NCBI GenBank assembly: GCA_963709405.1
Contig: CAVPXM010000027.1
Span: forward strand, 1 to 20,282
Length of the DNA: 20,282 nucleotides
Direction of reading: 5' to 3'
Source: an uncultured Nitrososphaerales archaeon
GTDB lineage: Archaea > Thermoproteota > Nitrososphaeria > Nitrososphaerales > Nitrososphaeraceae
Part shown: piece by piece, positions 9,109-18,403 of the stretch
Layout: each line of letters opens with the position of its first letter
Numbering within the stretch: the first letter of the stretch is position 1
Notes under the pieces: model-generated
Databases searched by the model: none
Told to the model about the DNA's origin: nothing
Seen by the model: the letters and a program-made list of their open reading frames with translations, nothing else
Program-made: the position numbers and the translations under genes

Positions 9109-11073
9109 CTATAATACATGGAAGGCTTTTCGTAATATTGAATCGTAATTATCTTTTCTGATTTCTAGATTAGTATTATAAATTCCAGTGCTAGACCGAG
9201 GCCCTATTTGTACAGTAAATGTAGCATGTCCGTCCTTATCAGTATATACTGGTTGAGTAATTTTGCCCATAGATGGGGTGAAGTTTGGTGGTTCTATTGT
9301 TAATAGAACAAGTACATCAGAGACAGGCTGATCTGTATACTTATCTCTAACAGTTACGCTCATGTAGGTAGTATCGCCTACGTTTACAGGATCTCTTATT
9401 ATTGAATAGTCTACAGTAAACTGGTTTGGGTTTGGGTTACTCGAAGACTTGCAATCAACTATTCCTCTAACAATATTATCAGCAGTATTACAAAAGCCCT
9501 TTCCATCTGAAGATGGACTATTCTTACCATCAAAGGTAGCTGCTTTTCCATTTACAGAAGTATCAATACTCGCATCATCTTTAGCAGTTTGATCAATAGT
9601 TGGTAAATATGGTAGTGATGATGAGACTGTGGGTGATACCAAGTGAGTAGTTGGTAACATTGAAGATGCATCAGCTCTATCTAGAACATTGAACATGCCC
9701 ATCCATCCTAAATCAGTAAATTCATTGATATGGGCATGAAACATATACATGCCCGCCTGTGTGTAGTTAAATTCAACTATTCCTCTATCTCCTTGACCCA
9801 TTTCCACTATATCAGTTTTATAACTAGGATTCATTCCAGTTCCAGCTGGATAATATTCAAACATATTTCCATGTAAATGAAAGCTATTAATCTTATCAAA
9901 TTCAAGCATGTTCAACAAATAGATTCTGTAAGGCTCACCGGTGACTAGTTGTATAGGATGATCTCTATAAATGAATGCGGGGCCGTTAACACTATAAATC
10001 TGGTTATCAGCTCCAAATGGTTCACCTGACTCGGTTGCTTTCTCAAAATTGGTGCGTAATTCTGTAGCTGTAGGAGGGTGTAGTATAGTAGCTGATTCGT
10101 TAGAACTATAATCATCTTTCAAATTATATCCATTCATAAGCATTACCATTTCCTTAGCAGGGCTACGCGGTAACTTGGGATCAATTACCATTGCACCGTA
10201 CAAGCCATGATTGATATGTGTTTGAACAGGTGATACATGACAATGGTAGGGATAAACACCAGCTGGAGATGCTGTAAAACTATAAGTGTATTGACCACCT
10301 GGTGGAATACTACCAGCCATGCCAGATATACCATCCATCATTCCAGAATGAATAGAATGCATATGTAGTGAGTGTGGATGTTTTGAAGAGCCTGAATTGT
10401 AAACTGTAATCTGAACATGATCACCTTCTGTCATCCTCATCGTTGGACCAGGAATTGTATTATTAAATGTCCATGCGTTAAATAATACAGGATCTCTTGA
10501 TTGTATGTCTGAAATTGGAATTACATTATTTTCAGAAATAATTAAACTAAATTGTCTTAGAGTTGTTCCATTACTAAGAATATGAATATGTCCACAGTTA
10601 AAATATGTAAGATATTCGATTGGATTTGGACGCTCGGTCAGATTTGTAGCACAATTCTTTCCCTCAGGAATGGATACAAGATTTGGATCCGAAGTAATAG
10701 GAGCGGTTCGTATATTTTGTTGAACTGGTATCATCGGTTCTGCTTCAGTCTGACCTGTAGTGGCATTATTATTATTAATATTAAAATTATTATTATTACT
10801 ATCGACTTCCTTACTCTTGTTGATGTTAGTAGTATTAATGGATGCATTTGAACTGGCTTCTTCATTACCTGCTATCTTACTACTATCTTTATGAGGATCG
10901 GATTTTGCATATATCAAATGAAGAGATGAATTCATAGTAGAAACTACAACGAAGATTGAAAGTATCGTCGTTATCATTATTACCTTAGCATAGATACGGA
11001 TTAATCTTTTCTCTATTATAATCGTCAAAAACTTTTTCCCATTGATTGTGGATAAATGGCCGTCTATAAGCAT
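9109..11073 (-). CDS. Membrane-anchored/secreted two-domain multicopper oxidase with C-terminal Ig-like domain
   Basis: Domain 1: PGPTMRMTEGD, HSLHMH, YHCHVSPVQTHINHGLYG. Domain 2: NSFHLHG, YMFHAHINEFTDLGWMG. N-terminal hydrophobic segment and Asn-rich linker. C-terminal VTVRDKYTDQPVSDV...TDKDGHATFTV. True start may be downstream of 11073. Confidence 0.93.
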   Translation of the reverse strand: MLIDGHLSTINGKKFLTIIIEKRLIRIYAKVIMITTILSIFVVVSTMNSSLHLIYAKSDPHKDSSKIAGNEEASSNASINTTNINKSKEVDSNNNNFNINNNNATTGQTEAEPMIPVQQNIRTAPITSDPNLVSIPEGKNCATNLTERPNPIEYLTYFNCGHIHILSNGTTLRQFSLIISENNVIPISDIQSRDPVLFNAWTFNNTIPGPTMRMTEGDHVQITVYNSGSSKHPHSLHMHSIHSGMMDGISGMAGSIPPGGQYTYSFTASPAGVYPYHCHVSPVQTHINHGLYGAMVIDPKLPRSPAKEMVMLMNGYNLKDDYSSNESATILHPPTATELRTNFEKATESGEPFGADNQIYSVNGPAFIYRDHPIQLVTGEPYRIYLLNMLEFDKINSFHLHGNMFEYYPAGTGMNPSYKTDIVEMGQGDRGIVEFNYTQAGMYMFHAHINEFTDLGWMGMFNVLDRADASSMLPTTHLVSPTVSSSLPYLPTIDQTAKDDASIDTSVNGKAATFDGKNSPSSDGKGFCNTADNIVRGIVDCKSSSNPNPNQFTVDYSIIRDPVNVGDTTYMSVTVRDKYTDQPVSDVLVLLTIEPPNFTPSMGKITQPVYTDKDGHATFTVQIGPRSSTGIYNTNLEIRKDNYDSILRKAFHVL

Positions 11074-11378
11074 TATTTCTTTTAAATACTAAATTTTTTT
11101 AGATATTAAATTTCTTTTTTTTCTTACATAAAATTTATATCTTAAACAATCAGGATTTTTGGTGTGAAAGGTTAATCAACGAATAACCTCGACCGTTTCT
11201 TCCTGTAATGATATAGGATCATCTACTCCTACAGATACGGGCCAAAGTATTATATCAAGTAACGGCGATTCTATTACTGCTTCTATGCAAGGTCAAACGG
11301 CGGGAGTAGTATTATATCAAGTACGAGCAGTGGCTCCAGTAATGATGCAGTCTCCAGTAGTACCAATTCAGGTATTTG

Positions 11379-11903
11379 GGCTCTTCACTTAACGGATAGA
11401 CCTATAGCTGAAAACTTCCTACATTCTGATGATGGCTGTATGCGAAGAAAGAAGTAGGACCTCGTCAAAGTATGTTTATCACCCATTACAGTTGTACTTT
11501 TCAGGCATATCACTTCGAAAAACATCACAAAGGCTATCTCTGTCTTCATTCATCAAAAGAAACCATGTTTCCATTTGGAACTGGATTCAGCGTTACAAGC
11601 CGAAAAAGATATTGCAAATGAGATGCAAACTATCTGAATTTATCGTAGATGAAACATTGATCAAGGTAGGTAGTGACTATGTATGATGGTTACGGGTTGC
11701 TATTGAACCAACTCATAGGACTATCCTTGGTATTCGCATCTCCATTGAAAGGAACATGCTTGTAGCTGAACAGTTTATACAATCTCTGATTAGAAGATAT
11801 GGAAAGCACAATATTTCAACGGATGGCGGTACATGGTTTTCACAAGCATGTAGATAGATTCCTGAATGTTGAACATCATAATCATTCCTCGATTGAAAAA
11901 AGC
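11379..11903 (+). mobile_element. IS6-family element, left end plus interrupted transposase
   Basis: GGCTCTTCACTTAAC (TIR lacking 2 nt) at 11379..11393. Reads LQLYFSGISLRKTSQRL...HVSIWNWIQRY...FIVDETLIKVG..V*WLRVAIEP...ISIERNMLVAE...ISTDGGTWFSQACR, then a TAGA duplication frameshift. Truncated at SSIEKS. Confidence 0.9.
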
Positions 11904-12276
11904 TTCGTAGTATGATATCCGTGTCCGCAACTTCTTAAGCAAGTCCAGGTCACTGTTCATCAAACCAGCAGCAAGAGGACCAGGACCAGACTCAGGACAA
12001 TCCTTCTCACTCTTATCATCGCTATTTATCTTCTCGAGTAAAGTATCACAAAAATTACCTTCTTCTATATCAAATTTCATTGCTTCAGTTAATGCTTCTT
12101 GAATGTACTCTGAAAAAGAGGTTTGATATGTATCACAGATAATTTTAAGGACTTCATGTTGATCCTTTTTTAGTTTTATCTTCTCTGTTATTGTAATAAA
12201 ATCATCTTGTTTATTGCTATTGGTATGAGATTTCTGATTCTGATTTGGAAGACAATGTTTTTGTAATGTTATTCAT
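11904..12276 (-). pseudogene. Hypothetical protein, ribbon-helix-helix-like N-terminus; 3' end abuts IS6 remnant
   Basis: The frame of ORF 11790..12080 stays open upstream: ITITEKIKLKKDQHEVLKIICDTYQTSFSEYIQEALTEAMK (strand-helix-helix pattern). ATG at 12276 is one base out of frame. The ORF tail reads antisense into the IS6. Confidence 0.5.
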
Positions 12277-12466
12277 TAGCGATGCTCTTACTTATTTCTT
12301 ATTTAGCTATATGCTTTTCGATCGTTATTCCTAAAGCCATTTACAGGTCACACGTTAATAGTAAATCGTCCAGTAGAGAAAGGAGATAGTGATATAAAAA
12401 TTATAACCATAGGACTTTACTTAATCTATAGACAAATACAATAATAAATCTATAAGGTATTCATAA

Positions 12467-12761
12467 ATGCCTTTCAGTATTATTAAAGCAATAAAGAGTA
12501 GTCACGGACATCCAATTAATAGAGTTTTACATTGCATAGGTTCTCTTATTTATGTTACGGGAATTCCCTTAGTTTTAGGCGATTTGTTTGGCTTGCATAC
12601 AAATCCTGTAAATGGTCTTTTTTTGGTCTACGGCAATTGGATTGTTTTTGCTTGGACATAGAATATTAGGCAATCGATCTATCGCATTAATTGTAATTTT
12701 CAAGTATGTTCTTATATCAAGCAGATTAACAACAGCGGTCCACAGAAATGTATCTAATTAA
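12467..12761 (+). pseudogene. DUF962/Mpo1-like membrane protein, frameshifted
   Basis: SHGHPINRVLHCIG motif. After a frameshift in T7 (12618..12624) it continues WSTAIGLFLLGHRILGN, matching the H-x3-N-x2-LH and GH-x4-N pattern. Confidence 0.7.
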
Positions 12762-12846
12762 AACTCTATGTCCTAGGATATAACACATTGTCGATACTAG
12801 AAATTACTTCATTCATCTTCAAGGGAGCTGAAAGTCAAGATACCTG

Positions 12847-13149
12847 TTGGCGGCCAAAGTTCAAGGTAACACCTACACAGAACAAATCGTATGGCGTGAC
12901 GCAGCCACAGGCAAGATACTTGCACAATCAGATTTCTTCCCTGCAATGTTACCAGGTATACTCGTAACTCCAGGTTATGGTGGGCTCATCTACGACATGC
13001 TTAATAATGGTCACATCATGGCCTTGCAGGTTGCTCCAGCACTCACAACAACTACAATAATAGAAGCAGGAAGTAATAGTACGACCGCACCGAATTCAGT
13101 ATCGACATCAACTACAACCCATAGTAGGTGCCTTCTTAATTTCCAATAG
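12847..13149 (+). pseudogene. C-terminal fragment (copy C) of the unknown propeller-like protein family
   Basis: YTEQIVWRDAATGKILAQSDFFPAMLPGILVTPGYGGLIYDMLNNGHIMALQVAP plus Thr/Ser tail. Clear homology to copy B. No N-terminal part upstream. Confidence 0.85.
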
Positions 13150-13483
13150 CATAACATACCAGTAAACCAAGTGCTGGACAGTCATGTTCTGGACAGCGAT
13201 TGCATGAGAATAAGGACTTTACAAGAACGTACTGACTGAGCTATACTATACATTAATAGACCTTTGGGAACAATGCTGATGTAGATTAAAATCCATATAT
13301 TCAAGTAGCTGAACCCCCTTAGCACCAGTATTCAAATCCCCTTGGGTTCGCCCATCCAAAATGAACGTAGAATTACAATAGTATACTGAATACGATTTTA
13401 GAATCAATATCATTGTGTGAACCACTGGCCCCATACCAAACTTGTCATTTTATTAGGCACCGTTATAATAAATAATAGATGAG

Positions 13484-13699
13484 ATGACAAGTACCTTAGT
13501 TACGAATTCGGTGAGGCAATCGCAAGACAAAATGGAATATATCTCTTCAAATCATTATGCAGTGTTCAAATTTTCTATTAGACCAGAAGTAACCAGAAAA
13601 TACTACGAAATGAATATTAGACACTTTCTGGACTTCATCGAATTTAGTTTCGAAGATAACAATGGAGATTTCGCACCATCGCTTATGACTTGTTGGTAA
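13484..13699 (+). mobile_element. N-terminal fragment of a tyrosine integrase/recombinase
   Basis: YAVFKFSIRPEVTRKYYEMNIRHFLDFI resembles the SAM-like N-terminal domain (S/P-x-x-T-x-x-x-Y...L/I-x-x-F-x-x-F) of archaeal integrases. No catalytic domain follows. Confidence 0.65.
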
Positions 13700-14076
13700 T
13701 TCAGTCATAGATTATAAAGTGTTCTTCATGTGCTTATTCTTAATAACTCGCTAACGTAAATAATTAGGCATTTACTGTTTAATTCACAAAAAGCAACAGA
13801 AACTTATATCAGGTTAGCACTATGCGTCACTATTACCACGAGTTTATATATACAACGGTAAGTAATTGAAAAGCATGTATACAGAGAGTGCACGAGAGCA
13901 ATGGTGATGGACTGAGTAGAAGGTTTTATACCTCCACATTAGCAAGAAGAGTTAACTAGTGTGATGGACCGACTGGAGGCAAGGGAAAGGAATTGCGTTT
14001 TTGAATAGCCCAAATGACAGTGAGTCTAGGCGAATCTTTTTATTGAAAATGTTATTACTCTAAAGAGGACACAGAA

Positions 14077-14253
14077 ATGGATAACGAAAATGATATCCAA
14101 ATGGCAGTTGAAAAGCTAATGAAAGATAATGGCTTATCCAAGATGAAGGCCTTGTCTATGCTAAATGGCAGATATCCGAGCCAAAGGCGTTTAGAAGAAG
14201 CTGTAATTGTTCAAAGGATTCTAGATAAAGAAGAATCTAAAAAATCAGAATAA
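14077..14253 (+). CDS. 58-aa hypothetical protein
   Basis: MDNENDIQMAVEKLMKDNGLSKMKALSMLNGRYPSQRRLEEAVIVQRILDKEESKKSE*, preceded by AGAGGA. Below the ORF-track length cutoff. Confidence 0.55.
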   Translation: MDNENDIQMAVEKLMKDNGLSKMKALSMLNGRYPSQRRLEEAVIVQRILDKEESKKSE

Positions 14254-14361
14254 TGGGAAGGGTTTAATGAAGATGTGTAATTGACTCCTGCTTTACTTTT
14301 TAACACAAAGAAATAAAGAATAAGGTTGATTTATTGGTTGTCGGTTTGTTGGAGTATATTC
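14194..14361 (+). repeat. 168-bp direct repeat, copy 1
   Basis: Matches 14881..15049 with 5 substitutions and one 1-bp indel by manual alignment. Confidence 0.95.
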
Positions 14362-14650
14362 GAATACTCCTACCAAGTTGTTAAGGAAATGCTAGTTTTC
14401 CAGTCGAAGATGTGCTAAAAAACAACGAGCCTGTTAATCTTAGTTTTCCTGGACTAGTAAATCGTCCTATGCCCTGTCCAGTCCAGGTTGCCATTTCCTG
14501 TCCATCTTTACTCATCAATGCTCCTTTACCTTCACCATATATCGCTCCGCCAGGTCTGGGAGAAGCCCAATATGTTATGGTAGTTGTTGTTGTGGCACCT
14601 CTATAGTTCCCTGTTGCTGAAAAAGAAGTTTCTATCGTTGGTAATCCCAT
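14362..14650 (-). pseudogene. Internal fragment of a conserved beta-rich hypothetical protein
   Basis: PTIETSFSATGNY...RPGGAIYGEGKGALMSKDGQEMATWTGQGIG...GSLFFSTSSTGKLAF/LNNLVGVFEY. Frameshift near 14384, truncated at both ends. Family recalled from Nitrososphaeraceae, not verified. Confidence 0.65.
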
Positions 14651-14811
14651 ATACCAACAAGAGTTCAAATGCTAAATGTAATGAACTTCGCCTTCTGGAT
14701 AATAGTCAATCGAAACTGAAGTTTCTATCTACAATCAGAGTTGATATAAGTTAACGGGCCGTTACTGGAATTGAATATCTTAAGTTACGGGTACTGTTAC
14801 TCTATATAGAA

Positions 14812-14882
14812 TCTTTTGTAATTGGCTTGGGTCAACTTGGTTTACCTGTAGCAAAATATGTCAAGGATTTGATACGTATGGA
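14812..14882 (+). pseudogene. N-terminal Rossmann-fold scrap (nucleotide-sugar dehydrogenase-like)
   Basis: SFVIGLGQLGLPVAKYVK/GFDTYG: GxGxxG followed by LP-x-A, as in UDP-glucose/GDP-mannose dehydrogenases. Cut off by repeat copy 2. Confidence 0.65.
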
Positions 14883-15049
14883 AGAAAGCTGTAATTGTTC
14901 AAAGGATTATAGATAAAGAAGAATCTAAAAAATCAGAATAATGGGAAGGGTTTAATGGAGATGTGTAATTGACTCGTGCTTTACTTTTTAACATAAAGAA
15001 ATAAAGAATAAGGTTGATTTATTGGTTGTCTGTTTGTTGGAGTATATTC
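14881..15049 (+). repeat. 169-bp direct repeat, copy 2
   Basis: About 96% identical to 14194..14361. Confidence 0.95.
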
Positions 15050-15407
15050 TATAAGGTATTAGAAGAAAAATCTAAAATACTGAGTTTCGATGATAGAGGG
15101 CTCAAATAGGGAAGAAGGTGATAACATTCACAGAACGAAATCAAGACAGAATGGCAGATGAAACTGGGATTCAACCTTCTCTCACAGAAGAAGATATGAA
15201 ACATTATTAGAACAGGTAATAAGAGAAGTTAAGAAAGACCGACGAGCACAGAAATGATCCACTAGGCATGAATATTACAAAGCGAAAGTAACTAATTTTG
15301 CCATATGCTGGGTGGCAACATTGGGTCAAATTTGTCCCACATACCACCGAACCCTCCTACAGTCTAAAACTTAAGAATATAACTTTCCTCAAATATAAGT
15401 TTCAGAG

Positions 15408-15827
15408 ATGAAGTCTAAAACAGAATACCTTACATTCAATACCAAGATGAGATGTGAATTTATCAATATAACTACGAATGTTAGAAAGATTGTTGAAGAC
15501 AGCAAAATCAAGGAGGGCCTATGTTTGGTAAATGCGATGCATATTACAGCTAGCGTTTTTGTAAACGATAACGAGAGTGGCTTGCACGAAGATTTTGATA
15601 TATGGCTTGAAAAATTAGCACCACATAGCCCCACTGAACAGTATAGGCATAATGATACTGGTGAAGATAATGCTGATGCGCACCTGAAGCGCCAGCTTAT
15701 GGGACGAGAGGTTGTTGTCGCCATTACCAACGGAAAACTAGACTTTGGTCCATGGGAACAAATATTTTATGGAGAATTTGATGGCCGACGAAATAAAAGA
15801 GTACTAGTGAAGGTAATTGGTGAATAA
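15408..15827 (+). CDS. yjbQ: YjbQ/UPF0047 family protein (secondary thiamine-phosphate synthase family)
   Basis: [51 protein letters not shown] are diagnostic. 139 aa, intact. Confidence 0.95.
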   Translation: MKSKTEYLTFNTKMRCEFINITTNVRKIVEDSKIKEGLCLVNAMHITASVFVNDNESGLHEDFDIWLEKLAPHSPTEQYRHNDTGEDNADAHLKRQLMGREVVVAITNGKLDFGPWEQIFYGEFDGRRNKRVLVKVIGE

Positions 15828-16051
15828 AAAACGGAAAACTAGACTCTACAAAGGGAAAAAACCAATAGAAGAGTTTACAAAAACCCAAGTTAAATCATAG
15901 AAACCGATCTTATATTCAAAAACCATTAATGTGTATATCTACATTAATCAAGACAGAAATGAATTTGCCATTGTAATTGGTTGCAAAGAGTTTCCTTGGA
16001 TTAAGGACATGCCAGTAATTTGATATAGACTGCTCATTATTTACCGAGCAT

Positions 16052-17113
16052 ATGGTAGAGGAAAAACTTGTTAGCCGTGAGATTCATTTAAAGCAACGCC
16101 CAGTAGGAATGCCTACTGAAGATAACTTTCAACTTGTTAAGGTAGATGTTCCAGATTTAAAAGAAATTGAATTTCTGGTGCATAACATATGGATGTCAGT
16201 AGATCCGTATATGCGTGGACGTATGAGGGAAACCAGGAGCTACATACCTCCATTTCAACTAGGGAAACCTCTAGAAGGCGGATGTGTAGGTCAAGTTATA
16301 AAATCAAATAATGACCGATTTAGAGTAGGTGACTATATCCTTGGAAATTTAGGGTGGAGAGAATATTGGCTTTCAGATGGTAAGGGAGGTGACATAATCA
16401 AGATTGATCCAAACATGGCACCAATTCAGTGGTATTTAGGTATCTTGGGTTTGACAGGACTTACAGCTTATGTGGGCCTTTTAAAAATTGCTGGATTAGT
16501 CGATAATAGTAATAGTAATAATAGTAATAATAATAATGATACCGTATTTGTTTCTGCAGCTGCAGGGGCGGTTGGTTCTATAGCATGTCAGATTGCAAAG
16601 ACAAAGGGCTGTCATGTAATAGGAAGTGCTGGCTCACAAGAGAAGGTAAAGTGGCTACTTGATCAAGCCAGAATAGATCATGCCTTTAATTATAAAGAGA
16701 TAGGCGAGACAAATATCTCCACTGAGTTAGGAAAATCTTGTCCGAATGGAATTGATATCTATTTCGATAATGTTGGTGGAAAGCATTTAGAAGCAGCTAT
16801 TGGCGGCATGAAAGCTTTTGGTAGAATTGTACTTTGTGGCATGATATCACAGTACAATCTATCTTCAGCACCCACAGGACCTTCAAATCTCTTTCTGGCA
16901 ATACCTAATCGACTCAAGCTTCAGGGATTTATTGTAAGAGATCATTATGATATATTAAATGAATTTTATGCCGATATGTCAAATTGGATTGCTGAAGGAA
17001 AAATAAAATGGAAAGAAACGGTGATTGACGGTATAGAAAATGCTCCTAGAGCTTTCTTGTCTCTGTTCAAGGGAGAGAATATTGGCAAAATGTTAGTTAA
17101 GATTGGGTTCTGA
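16052..17113 (+). CDS. NADP-dependent oxidoreductase (MDR superfamily, prostaglandin reductase/YncB-CurA type)
   Basis: SVDPYMRGRM, LGILGLTGLTAYVGL, VSAAAGAVGS, GIDIYFDNVGG, CGMISQYN, GENIGKMLV. Intact, 353 aa. Confidence 0.95.
   Translation: MVEEKLVSREIHLKQRPVGMPTEDNFQLVKVDVPDLKEIEFLVHNIWMSVDPYMRGRMRETRSYIPPFQLGKPLEGGCVGQVIKSNNDRFRVGDYILGNLGWREYWLSDGKGGDIIKIDPNMAPIQWYLGILGLTGLTAYVGLLKIAGLVDNSNSNNSNNNNDTVFVSAAAGAVGSIACQIAKTKGCHVIGSAGSQEKVKWLLDQARIDHAFNYKEIGETNISTELGKSCPNGIDIYFDNVGGKHLEAAIGGMKAFGRIVLCGMISQYNLSSAPTGPSNLFLAIPNRLKLQGFIVRDHYDILNEFYADMSNWIAEGKIKWKETVIDGIENAPRAFLSLFKGENIGKMLVKIGF
16502..16540 (+). repeat. In-frame AAT/AGT microsatellite encoding DNSNSNNSNNNND
   Basis: gataatagtaatagtaataatagtaataataataatgat visible directly. 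Confidence 0.9.
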
Positions 17114-17742
17114 TGCCCCAGATTCAATTGTTCAAGTTGTTCTATTTTGTTTACACTTAGATAGCTGTAGACCTTTTTATTGTCTTGAAAGCTATGATCT
17201 GAAGCAGTATTGATGTTATCATATGATTTACCAAATAAATGGGATCATTGTTTGATTTGGACCTAATATGAACAAGCACATTGTAAAATCATTTACTTAA
17301 TTCTTTGGCAATCTTTGTACTCGAAATCTGATGTTTTTCATATAGGCTACTGTTACTGGCACAAGTCATCCACTTAATCTATATTAAAAAATTCCAGCTC
17401 TCAAATCGAGGCAGCTCAAGCAATGCTATAGTAAAGAAGTATAAGGTTGTATAGCGCAGCAGTAGTATTTGCGCCAACAATCACAAGATCCTCATGAAGT
17501 TCGCCATAAATTATCAAAAGAACAGAGCCTGTAGTGAAAAGAATCATAAGATATCTCGAAACGTCCTTCGTTTTTCTTGTATGATGTGTTTTGATAATTT
17601 AAGGAACACACATGGAAGCCAATATACTAATGAGTTCCACTCCCCTAGTGAAAGAATACGTCATGTAAAGAGAGAGAGACAATTAGTGACCGCACTATTT
17701 TTGAATGATTAAAGAAATTAACGAAACAAGGACTGCTAATCC

Positions 17743-17962
17743 ATGAAGATGATATACTTTCCAGAAGGTTCGTCTGAATTTAATGCTAAAGAAGAATGCT
17801 GGAGACAGGGAAATATGATCTCTTAGTATCGAGATACTATCTTAAACTTGTGAATCTTAAAGATGGTATATCTGACTACTATACAACAAGAGGTTTCAAA
17901 CTAGATATACTCAAGTACCTATTCAGGAACGTGAGTTAGCGGATTAATGTTAGTTGGTATAG
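17743..17962 (+). mobile_element. IS630-family transposase C-terminal remnant with probable right end
   Basis: MIYFPEGSSEFNAKEECWRQG/YDLLVSRYY...ISDYYTTRGFKLDILKYL corresponds to the (L/F)P-x-x-SP-x-(L/F)N-x-x-E-x-x-W motif. Followed shortly by ...GTTAGTTGGTATAG, a TA-containing putative terminus. Confidence 0.75.
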
Positions 17963-18403
17963 TAAGAAGATAATTTCGTGATACGTTGCTTAAAAGTTTG
18001 GCTTGAAATCCACTTATAACGGCAGAGCCTACAACTACATTAGAAAAACCATCAGAAATTATGTTGGAAACAAAATACCTAAGCTTCCAATAGTCATGAA
18101 AATAACACGGTAGCAGGTATGCTAGCCGTAACCGACCTAGCTATGTTTCTTTTGTCTACAAGGAGATCAGGTTTAACATTATCGATACTATAAGTCTATC
18201 TCAAAAGGCAAAGGGCCGAGTGCGATTCATGTGATAGTATGAGAGAAATAGAATGATGTGATAGTGGGAATAGGTTTATGTGCAGAGCATGTGAAATTTA
18301 AATGCAGACTGTGGATTTGCCTGAAGAATGCAAACGCTTACATAACTATGTAGATAGCGTTCAAGTACTATTTAGGTAAGATACTCCAAGTACAACCAGC
18401 CAA

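Noticed and set aside
9109-11073. Calling the copper protein NirK
   Set aside because: It has HxH/HCH/HxH/HAH trinuclear-cluster histidines, which indicate an oxidase rather than a nitrite reductase.
11246-11323. 16-bp direct repeat AGTATTATATCAAGTA with 62-bp period (CRISPR-like spacing)
   Set aside because: Only two short copies, no cas genes, and both encode SIISS in a Ser-rich decayed reading frame.
14351-14376. GGAGTATATTCGAATACTCCTACCAA resembles a tRNA T-arm plus CCA (possible att site)
   Set aside because: Stem register and acceptor spacing do not fit a tRNA, and the sequence is explained by minus-strand codons for LVGVFEY joined to the repeat.
14745-14760. TAAGTTAACGGGCC, possible degenerate IS6 end
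   Set aside because: Short, imperfect match with no recognisable transposase sequence beside it.
17494-17755. Possible winged-helix pseudogene (SDRTIFE*LKKLTKQGLL)
   Set aside because: Needs several frameshifts and a read-through stop; too degraded to support.
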